A stretch of 27,437 bases of DNA from a virus (Duplodnaviria; Caudoviricetes): the IMG/VR virus record IMGVR_UViG_3300020388_000056, positions 1 through 27,437 of that record; one strand, given 5' to 3'. Shown one piece after another: positions 1 through 6,369 of this stretch. Under the pieces are notes generated by a model. It saw nothing but the letters and a program-made list of their open reading frames with translations. It ran no database searches and was not told the origin of the DNA. A program made the translations under genes and the position numbers. Every line of letters begins with the position of its first letter. Position 1 is the stretch's first letter.

Positions 1-1
1 T

Positions 2-77
<76 letters not shown>

Positions 78-82
78 ACATT

Positions 83-217
83 ATGAAAGAAGTAGTAAAC
101 TTTTTGACTGAGCTGATCCGATGGATTGCAAGTATTGTAATCCTAGGTATGCTTATACTGTGGTACGAGGGCGCTTTCACACAAGGATGCTTACAGCTTT
201 TATGGAAAATGTCCTAA
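83..217 (+). CDS. small hypothetical membrane protein (44 aa; not in ORF track)
   Basis: Hand translation MKEVVNFLTELIRWIASIVILGMLILWYEGAFTQGCLQLLWKMS* shows one hydrophobic segment. No SD, because it starts 5 nt after the tRNA CCA. Confidence 0.45.
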   Translation: MKEVVNFLTELIRWIASIVILGMLILWYEGAFTQGCLQLLWKMS

Positions 218-261
218 TGTTACATTTGTGTGACATTTGTGTAACAATTGTGTAACAATGT
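218..261. repeat. four tandem 11-bp repeats with TGTnACA core; candidate OmpR/PhoB-family binding array
   Basis: TGTTACATTTG / TGTGACATTTG / TGTAACAATTG / TGTAACAATGT, ending about 10 bp upstream of a -35 element. Confidence 0.8.
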
Positions 262-270
262 TAAAAAACG

Positions 271-300
271 GTGTACATTTGCTTAAAAGTAGTATACTAT
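271..300 (+). promoter_or_regulatory. sigma70-type early promoter
   Basis: GTGTACA (271-277) - 17 bp - TACTAT (295-300). Aligns with the promoter at 1988-2017, including a similar spacer. A-tract upstream and strong SD TAAGGAG (324-330) downstream. Confidence 0.65.
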
Positions 301-335
301 AGACATATAAATTAATTAATACATAAGGAGTAAAA

Positions 336-464
336 ATGAGTGATTATTATAACAACGACGAAATAATGAGTTCAGTGGATGACGTCTTAAAAAAATTATC
401 CGAAATCGAAAATAAGCTTGACAAGCTACAATTACAATTAGATGATATGGAGGCAAATAAATAA
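336..464 (+). CDS. small acidic coiled-coil protein (42 aa; not in ORF track)
   Basis: MSDYYNNDEIMSSVDDVLKKLSEIENKLDKLQLQLDDMEANK*. SD TAAGGAG 5 nt upstream; the stop overlaps the next start (TAATG). Confidence 0.8.
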   Translation: MSDYYNNDEIMSSVDDVLKKLSEIENKLDKLQLQLDDMEANK

Positions 465-751
465 TGGATGTTATGAATAGAATAAACGTTAATGATATAC
501 CTGAAAGACTACAAAATGGTTTTATTGGTAGAAGAGTAGATGGTTCGTCTGTTATGTATCTCGATTTAGGAGATGTAGTAGCAAGTAGATCTAATCAAAG
601 ACTATTTGAATTAATGATTGATGGAGATAGCTCAAGCTCATGGGATCAATTTTGTGATGCTATTTGTAGAATGGATAGCGACCTAGATCCTAGAGGTAGA
701 GTTCATATTGATTATTTAGTAATTGATGGTGTACCGAGGGCATTTCACTAA
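464..751 (+). CDS. hypothetical protein (95 aa)
   Basis: ORF track; GGAGG SD upstream; TAATG coupling on both sides. Confidence 0.8.
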   Translation: MDVMNRINVNDIPERLQNGFIGRRVDGSSVMYLDLGDVVASRSNQRLFELMIDGDSSSSWDQFCDAICRMDSDLDPRGRVHIDYLVIDGVPRAFH

Positions 752-1047
752 TGAAAGTATCTGAAAGAAGTAACGCATACGTAATGACTGCATACACTGC
801 TTCAGCCAGTGATATGCTTGAAATAGAAAATATAAGAAACGCTGTTAAAGTAATTAATAAAGGAAATAAACAAGCTGAAAAAAGACGAATATATGGCGGC
901 GCATCTTTCCCAAGATATCGTGTTTCAATCAAAGGTAGATATGGAAGAAACAATCCAAACTATAATCGCCATTTAGCTAAAATTGGTAGTGTTCCAATCG
1001 AACACGCTGAAAGAGTAGATGTATATATTCACAGGAGGTATAGGTAA
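751..1047 (+). CDS. hypothetical basic protein (98 aa)
   Basis: ORF track; TAATG coupling on both sides; Arg/Lys-rich. Confidence 0.8.
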   Translation: MKVSERSNAYVMTAYTASASDMLEIENIRNAVKVINKGNKQAEKRRIYGGASFPRYRVSIKGRYGRNNPNYNRHLAKIGSVPIEHAERVDVYIHRRYR

Positions 1048-1337
1048 TGACTACAAGTATTGATGAATTTAAAGAATTATTATTAAAAGAAAAAGAAAAG
1101 TATCAGGCTGAAAAAGAATTTAAGGAAGCCGTAAAGAAAGTATATAGTAAACCAAAGAACTATTATAATAGATTATCAGCATCTGTAAAAAAGAGTGCTC
1201 ACCTCAATTCAGGTGGATTGGATTTACATAAAGATGAGAATAGACACTACACTAAAGAAAATACTCAAAGGTGGTTAGAAAGTACTTCATACTTTGAGAA
1301 CTATACAGCAATGAAGGAGCAAGACGAATGGAACTAA
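1047..1337 (+). CDS. hypothetical protein (96 aa)
   Basis: ORF track; AGGAGGT SD; TAATG coupling. Confidence 0.8.
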   Translation: MTTSIDEFKELLLKEKEKYQAEKEFKEAVKKVYSKPKNYYNRLSASVKKSAHLNSGGLDLHKDENRHYTKENTQRWLESTSYFENYTAMKEQDEWN

Positions 1338-1396
1338 TTATGGCAACCGCCGCAGTTGCTCTTATTGCAGTTTATATTATGTGGGATGAATCATGA
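1328..1396 (+). CDS. putative 22-aa single-TM peptide (not in ORF track)
   Basis: MELIMATAAVALIAVYIMWDES*. SD AAGGAG at 1314-1319; ATGA overlap with the next gene; fills the gap exactly. Confidence 0.55.
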   Translation: MELIMATAAVALIAVYIMWDES

Positions 1397-1581
1397 GACT
1401 ATTAATAGAAAATTATGGTGACATAAAAATATTTAAAGATAAATCACTATTTGGATTACCAAGATTTATCATAGAAGAAATAGATGGATATACAAGAATA
1501 TTTTCAGGAATATGGTATAAGCAAAAAGATATTATTACAATAGTAGAGAAACAATTAAATGAGCAAGAAGGAAGACATTAG
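1393..1581 (+). CDS. hypothetical protein (62 aa)
   Basis: ORF track; same strand and packing as its neighbours. Confidence 0.7.
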   Translation: MRLLIENYGDIKIFKDKSLFGLPRFIIEEIDGYTRIFSGIWYKQKDIITIVEKQLNEQEGRH

Positions 1582-1696
1582 AACTTTACAGCAACAAGCT
1601 TGGAAAAGAGCATTAGAAAAAACCAAGCCAAATGCGGGAACGCCGCATGACTGGGAAGATTACGAAAAGGCAAAGAAGGAGAAAAAAGATGGGTGA
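1559..1696 (+). CDS. hypothetical protein (45 aa; not in ORF track)
   Basis: MSKKEDIRTLQQQAWKRALEKTKPNAGTPHDWEDYEKAKKEKKDG*. Short overlaps with both neighbours. Confidence 0.6.
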   Translation: MSKKEDIRTLQQQAWKRALEKTKPNAGTPHDWEDYEKAKKEKKDG

Positions 1697-1976
1697 ACAC
1701 AGAGAAGTTGTGATCAGACAAGCTAAGTTATTATTAGCTGAAGAATGGGCGAAAGGAGTAAAATCATTACATTCTTTCGATACACGTAAATGTATGATGG
1801 CGTATGATACGCATACTGAAGATGGTAGTGTTATAGATACTGAATATAACGATGGACGTATCGAAAGAAAGCAAGATGGTAAACTGCTAAGAACGTTTGG
1901 TGAAAATCAACTATATGGAGATGAGTTAATATCACAATGGGAAAGTTTTGGCCCAAGTGTAGAAATTGACATTTAA
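1689..1976 (+). CDS. hypothetical protein (95 aa; start revised from 1632)
   Basis: SD AAGGAG at 1676-1681 precedes ATG 1689 (MGEHREV...). The 19-codon extension overlaps the 45-aa ORF. Confidence 0.75.
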   Translation: MGEHREVVIRQAKLLLAEEWAKGVKSLHSFDTRKCMMAYDTHTEDGSVIDTEYNDGRIERKQDGKLLRTFGENQLYGDELISQWESFGPSVEIDI

Positions 1977-1987
1977 TGAAAATAAAT

Positions 1988-2017
1988 GTTTACATTCACT
2001 TTAAAGTATGGTATAAT
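1988..2017 (+). promoter_or_regulatory. sigma70-type (T4 early-like) promoter
   Basis: GTTTACA (1988-1994) - 17 bp - TATAAT (2012-2017), with extended -10 TG and an A-rich UP-like tract. Matches the T4 early consensus. Confidence 0.9.
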
Positions 2018-2044
2018 ATATAGTATTATGATGAGGAACTATTC

Positions 2045-2407
2045 ATGGGTATGACAAGTATGTACATGGGATCATTAAGATATGATCAACATGGTCGAAG
2101 AAGAAAGAATCACGCAGCAAATGCGTCAAAAAGAAAAACAATTAAACACGAATTTAAAGTGTTACAATCAGATAGGGAAGCTCTTAGCGAGCTTCGTCTA
2201 CGTCAAGAAAAACAATATAAATCACTAATGGAAGAAGCTATAAAAGATGGTACCTGGATATCTAAATCAGGTAATACAGCTAGAAAAGACTCTCCACAAT
2301 ACACCGGCACATTGGTAAAAGGTATAGCAACTATGCATAAGTCAAATTCTGTACCTATAATTAACGCGCAACAAGCTATAGATATTGCAAGAATGAGGAG
2401 AGGATAA
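2045..2407 (+). CDS. conserved T4-like phage hypothetical protein (120 aa)
   Basis: C-terminal YTGTLVKGIATMHKSNSVPI...IARMRR motif, which I recall from T4-like phage hypotheticals; GAGGA SD. Confidence 0.75.
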   Translation: MGMTSMYMGSLRYDQHGRRRKNHAANASKRKTIKHEFKVLQSDREALSELRLRQEKQYKSLMEEAIKDGTWISKSGNTARKDSPQYTGTLVKGIATMHKSNSVPIINAQQAIDIARMRRG

Positions 2408-2607
2408 TGAATAATATTGATTGGTATAAAGCAGCTACATGGTGTGGCACTATAACTTTTTGTATGACATTTTGGTTAATGTTATACGTAACAGGACTCA
2501 TGGGTGAGTTCTTTGGATTACTACTGTTGGTGGTTGCAGGTTACTTTGCATACATGAGCAGTGTACTAGTTTCTGAAAAGAAAGAATATGAAAGGAGAAA
2601 TAAATAA
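2407..2607 (+). CDS. small membrane protein (66 aa, two TM segments)
   Basis: Two hydrophobic stretches and a charged C-terminus; GAGGAG SD; TAATG coupling. Confidence 0.75.
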   Translation: MNNIDWYKAATWCGTITFCMTFWLMLYVTGLMGEFFGLLLLVVAGYFAYMSSVLVSEKKEYERRNK

Positions 2608-2825
2608 TGACTAGATTTGATAAAAAATATCATTATGAATATATATCTACATACGTAAATGGAGATAGAAGAGCGGATGTCTTTAAGAGACAACCCGATG
2701 GTGTGTATGGAATTGAAATGTTTGAAGGCCATACAATGATGAGAAGAGAACCTTACAAAGGTAAAAGCGAAGCGTGGGCCCAGTCCGCTGCTGAGAATTA
2801 CGTTGATGGAATTAAAAACTTATAA
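2607..2825 (+). CDS. hypothetical protein (72 aa)
   Basis: ORF track; AAGGAG SD; TAATG coupling. Confidence 0.8.
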   Translation: MTRFDKKYHYEYISTYVNGDRRADVFKRQPDGVYGIEMFEGHTMMRREPYKGKSEAWAQSAAENYVDGIKNL

Positions 2826-2826
2826 T

Positions 2827-2876
2827 GATGGACGCGAGCATACTCACAACTCCTTATCAAGAGCTCGCGTTCCATC
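2827..2876 (+). promoter_or_regulatory. intergenic GC-rich hairpin with anti-Shine-Dalgarno loop
   Basis: GATGGACGCGAGC (2827-2839) pairs with GCTCGCGT-T-CCATC (2863-2876), 13 bp with one bulge. The 23-nt loop contains ACTCCTTA. No U-tract. Confidence 0.6.
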
Positions 2877-2894
2877 GACCTAATTGGAGAAAAT

Positions 2895-4004
2895 ATGGCT
2901 AAAAGAGGAGCAACATTAGAAGATAAATACTATGGCGACGAGCCGTGGTTTACAGCTGATTCATCTATGGAAGGTAGTGATTGGCAAATAGCAGCAAATT
3001 GGTATAATTACTTTTATAAAAATAAAGATTACTTACCAATAATTTATAAGTTTGCAGAAACTGAAATGGGATATGATAAGAAAAAAATATCAGTTCTGAA
3101 AAAAGTAAAAGACTGGGAGTTTATGCCAGTACAAAAAAGTATTAAGATATTTTCACGTGGTTGGTTATATACACAAGAACAACTACAAAGATTCAAAGAT
3201 CATATCGATGGTGTATATAAAAAAGGTCTTGAAATTAAGCAAGAAAAAGATGCAGCTAAAAAGAATGTAGTTACAATTACACCAGCTGAAAGAACTCGTA
3301 GAAAAGTAATGGATACGATCTATGCAGATTGGGATAGTGAAATAGTAGAAGCCTGGTTTGATGGTGACTATACTAAAAAGTTCTCATGTTATAATAGATT
3401 TAAAATGCATGGTCTAAAAAGTAATGCAATCAATATATTTAAAGGTATGATTGAAGAAGAATATTATAGTATTAAAGAAGCATATGATAAGACATGCGAT
3501 CAATGCATAGAAGCTTATGATCATATTGGTAAAGGTGATAAAAGAAAGATTATGAAACAATTCGAAGATTGCTTTGCTGATTTAGAAAGATTAAGAGATT
3601 CGTTTAAAGCTCAAAGAGCACCGAGGGCTTTAAAACCTAAGTCATCAGATAAACAAGTTGAAAGGCTTCAGTTCTGTAAAGAAGATGTAAATGCTAAACT
3701 TGTTTCTATTAATCCTGTACTTATACCAGGTAAAAGAAAGCTTTTTGTATATAATACAAAGAATAAAAAACTTATTGAGTTTGTAACATCGTCAACAAAT
3801 GGCTTTATTGTATCAGGTACATCGATTAAAAACTTTGATGAAACAAGTCGTCAGGCGACTTTAAGAAAACCTGATGTAATAATACCTGATGTTCTAAATA
3901 GAACTGAGAAACAAATCGAAAAGCTTTGGGGTACTATTACAACTAAGATAAATAAACCAACAGGAAGAATTAATTCTGACTGTATATTATTGAGGGCAAT
4001 CTAA
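2895..4004 (+). CDS. conserved T4-like phage protein of unknown function (369 aa)
   Basis: Long ORF with GGAG SD. C-terminal TLRKP...GRINSDCILLR resembles hypotheticals of environmental T4-like phages (from recall). Confidence 0.8.
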   Translation: MAKRGATLEDKYYGDEPWFTADSSMEGSDWQIAANWYNYFYKNKDYLPIIYKFAETEMGYDKKKISVLKKVKDWEFMPVQKSIKIFSRGWLYTQEQLQRFKDHIDGVYKKGLEIKQEKDAAKKNVVTITPAERTRRKVMDTIYADWDSEIVEAWFDGDYTKKFSCYNRFKMHGLKSNAINIFKGMIEEEYYSIKEAYDKTCDQCIEAYDHIGKGDKRKIMKQFEDCFADLERLRDSFKAQRAPRALKPKSSDKQVERLQFCKEDVNAKLVSINPVLIPGKRKLFVYNTKNKKLIEFVTSSTNGFIVSGTSIKNFDETSRQATLRKPDVIIPDVLNRTEKQIEKLWGTITTKINKPTGRINSDCILLRAI

Positions 4005-4492
4005 TGTTAGGAGTAAAAGATATAGTTTTTAAAAATCTACCTGAAGATACTCTAACAGGAGAAGATGTCTTTGTAAATAAAAGAGTAGTAGTTTTTGGTT
4101 TACCAGGAGCTTTTACACCAACCTGTAGTTCACAACAAGTCCCAAGCTTTGATGAATATTACAATGATATATTAACTCATAATATAGATGAAATATATTG
4201 TGTATCAGTCAATGATGGATTTGTAATGAAAGCCTGGTTTAAAGATTTGGCAGTTGAAAGAGTCAAGTATTTAGCTGATGGCTCAGGAGAATTTACAAGA
4301 AGAATGGGTATGCTTGTCAAGAAAGACAATGTAGGATTTGGTATGAGATCATGGAGATATGCTGCAATTATCAATAAAGGAAATCTAGAAATGCTAATGG
4401 CAGAAGATGGATTCTCTGATGATTGCGAATTAGATCCATACGAAAACTCTTCACCCGTTAAAATATTGGAGTACTTGAAAAACAATGGTTGA
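4004..4492 (+). CDS. peroxiredoxin, Prx5/PGdx-like (redoxin family)
   Basis: FGLPGAFTPTCS peroxidatic motif, plus VSVNDGFVMKAW, DGSGEFT..MGMLV.K and GFGMRSWRY; all are hallmarks of Prx5-type peroxiredoxins. Confidence 0.95.
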   Translation: MLGVKDIVFKNLPEDTLTGEDVFVNKRVVVFGLPGAFTPTCSSQQVPSFDEYYNDILTHNIDEIYCVSVNDGFVMKAWFKDLAVERVKYLADGSGEFTRRMGMLVKKDNVGFGMRSWRYAAIINKGNLEMLMAEDGFSDDCELDPYENSSPVKILEYLKNNG

Positions 4493-4730
4493 TATATTAG
4501 AAGAAAAAATAATTACTAAGAAAAGATTTTCTATAGCAGTAGAAAACTTAGTATCACAGAACAATATGTCTTACCTCGACGCTGCATCTTATGTAGTAGA
4601 AAAAAGAGGTTTAGACTATAGAAACTTAAAGAAACTACTTACTGATTCTTTAAAGCAAAAGATAGAAGAAGAAGCTTCTAATCTACATTTAATACGCGGT
4701 GGTAAAAAAGGTAATAAGTTACCTATATGA
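4485..4730 (+). CDS. 33: late promoter transcription co-activator gp33
   Basis: FS..VE.LV....SYLDA...LKQKIEEEA.NL.L pattern; size; position before gp59 and gp32 as in T4. Confidence 0.88.
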   Translation: MVDILEEKIITKKRFSIAVENLVSQNNMSYLDAASYVVEKRGLDYRNLKKLLTDSLKQKIEEEASNLHLIRGGKKGNKLPI

Positions 4731-5311
4731 AAGATCCGTACGAATCATATAAACTATACAATGCATTGAAACTGCATTTTGAAACAGATTCGTATGATGC
4801 TATTAAATATAACTTTAAAACATCAGTAAAACCAACATCCTTTTTTAAACGAAAGGACAAATACTTTTTCGCTAAGTTGGCAAATACATATGATAACCTT
4901 ATGGACTTCTATGTTGCTAACTTTAAAAACGACGTGAAATATGTCGGTGATATGTTGAACGAAGGCGGAGAAGATTATTATCGTAATCATAAAAAAGTAT
5001 GTGAAAGTATCACGTATCATTTTGAAAACGATATAAATAAAATACACGAGGAAGAAAAAAGCTTCGATAATGTCTTAATGACTGAGAACAATGATCATCC
5101 TCTTGTAATAAAACTTTGGATGCAAGAAGAAATACACTTAGAAACTGTAGTAATCTTGGATTCAATAACAGGGTTTATGGAGCGTGAGAATAAGAAGATA
5201 TCTGAAACCATTATATGGCCAGACATCTTTAGAAAGATTACGAAATATAAACCTTTTGTAAAGTTCGATAAAACAAAATGTTTAAATATTTTGAAAAAGA
5301 CCTTTACATGA
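4727..5311 (+). CDS. 59: helicase loader gp59
   Basis: YKLYNALKLHF...YDAIKY...F.KRKDKYFFAKLA and I.LET..ILD motifs; 33-59-32 synteny. Confidence 0.93.
   Translation: MKDPYESYKLYNALKLHFETDSYDAIKYNFKTSVKPTSFFKRKDKYFFAKLANTYDNLMDFYVANFKNDVKYVGDMLNEGGEDYYRNHKKVCESITYHFENDINKIHEEEKSFDNVLMTENNDHPLVIKLWMQEEIHLETVVILDSITGFMERENKKISETIIWPDIFRKITKYKPFVKFDKTKCLNILKKTFT
5032..5039 (+). promoter_or_regulatory. possible late promoter inside gp59, serving gp32
   Basis: Exact TATAAATA, but intragenic and could be chance in AT-rich DNA. Confidence 0.3.
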
Positions 5312-5331
5312 TCACAGTAATGTGGTATAAT
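5303..5331 (+). promoter_or_regulatory. sigma70-type promoter for gp32
   Basis: TTTACA (5303-5308) - 17 bp - TATAAT (5326-5331), preceded by a TGTGG extended -10. Confidence 0.9.
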
Positions 5332-5389
5332 ATAAGTATATTTTGTTATGTATAAAGTGGATAATTCAGTAAATATAGGAGAAAGATAA

Positions 5390-6289
5390 ATGTCTTTAGA
5401 AAACTTAAAGAGCATGCGAGGCTCATCAATCGATAAACTCGTAAAAGCAGCTGAAGCTGTATCCACAGCTAAACCAGAAACTACTTCATACGAAGATACT
5501 AGATTCTGGAAACCTACCAGGGATAAAGCTGGAAACGGTTATGCCGTAATCAGATTTTTACCTGCAAAGGAAGGTGAAGATCTTCCATGGGTAAGATATT
5601 GGGATCATGGGTTCAAAGGACCTACTGGTCTATGGTATATCGAAAACAGTTTGACTTCAATTGGACAGCAAGATCCAGTATCGGAGCATAATTCTGTTCT
5701 TTGGAACTCTGGTAGAGATGAAGATAAAGCGATTGCAAGGGAAAGAAAAAGAAGGTTACACTATGTGTCAAACGTTCTTATTGTATCTGACCCAAGTAAT
5801 CCAGAAAATGAAGGGAAAGTTTTCCTTTATAAGTTTGGTAAAAAAATCTTTGATAAAATCATGGATGTTATGCAACCACAATTTGCCGATGAAGAACCAG
5901 TAAATCCTTATGATTTCTGGGAAGGCGCTGATTTTAAAATTAAAATTAGAAAAGTTGAAGGTTGGGTAAACTATGATAAGTCAGAATTTAGTAAACCAGC
6001 AGCACTAATGGAAGGTGATGAAAGTAAACTACAAGGTATATACGATCAAGTACATAGCTTGCAAGATTTCTTAAATCCTGAAAATTATAAAACTTATGAT
6101 GAGTTAAAAACAAAACTTAATAGAGTATTAGGTGTTGAGGCTGGCATAGATCCTATGCCTTCAGTAATGGACAGCGCTCCAACTGAAATGGCTCCATCTA
6201 TAGATACTGCTACTGCGGAAGCGCAAGGTACAGTAGATGCTAATGAAGATGACACATTAAGCTATTTTGCTAAGTTAGCTCAAGACTAG
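5390..6289 (+). CDS. 32: single-stranded DNA-binding protein gp32
   Basis: D.RFWKP..DKAGNGYAVIRFLP, HGFKG...WYIEN, NEGKVFLYKFGKKIFDKI, NYDKSEF and an acidic tail ending LSYFAKLA. Confidence 0.98.
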   Translation: MSLENLKSMRGSSIDKLVKAAEAVSTAKPETTSYEDTRFWKPTRDKAGNGYAVIRFLPAKEGEDLPWVRYWDHGFKGPTGLWYIENSLTSIGQQDPVSEHNSVLWNSGRDEDKAIARERKRRLHYVSNVLIVSDPSNPENEGKVFLYKFGKKIFDKIMDVMQPQFADEEPVNPYDFWEGADFKIKIRKVEGWVNYDKSEFSKPAALMEGDESKLQGIYDQVHSLQDFLNPENYKTYDELKTKLNRVLGVEAGIDPMPSVMDSAPTEMAPSIDTATAEAQGTVDANEDDTLSYFAKLAQD

Positions 6290-6341
6290 TAGTCCTAATA
6301 GGGCTAGGCCGGAGGAGCTGCAGCTCTCGCGGTCGAAATGT

Positions 6342-6369
6342 AGGGACTCAGAAATGGGTCCCTTTTTTT
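6342..6369 (+). terminator. intrinsic terminator after gp32, at the convergent junction
   Basis: AGGGACTCA-GAAA-TGGGTCCCT stem with a GNRA loop followed by a T-run that overlaps the stop codon of the opposing gene. Confidence 0.9.

Noticed and set aside
218-261. Repeats as a CRISPR array or CRP site
   Set aside because: The units are 11 bp with no spacers, and TGTGA at 229 lacks the TCACA half-site 6 bp later.
278-286. TTTGCTTAA resembling a T4 MotA box (middle promoter)
   Set aside because: It lies only 8 bp from the -10 element, shorter than the usual MotA spacing, and a -35 box at 17 bp already explains the promoter.
1632-1688. Arg-rich N-terminal extension MRERRMTGKITKRQRRRKK from the ORF track
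   Set aside because: It has no SD and is the alternate frame of the 45-aa ORF at 1559-1696. ATG 1689 has a good SD.
2827-2876. Hairpin as an intrinsic terminator
   Set aside because: The loop is 23 nt and there is no adjacent U-tract on either strand; it is kept as a regulatory RNA candidate instead.
5337-5389. T4-style autoregulatory pseudoknot in the gp32 leader
   Set aside because: The leader is short and AT-rich, with only a weak TATATTT/AAATATA pairing, so no convincing pseudoknot.
690-5903. Overlapping ORFs 690-953, 2541-2732, 4177-4485, 4823-5047, 5095-5466 (minus) and 5661-5903 (plus)
   Set aside because: They are shadows of well-supported genes, with no recognisable motifs.
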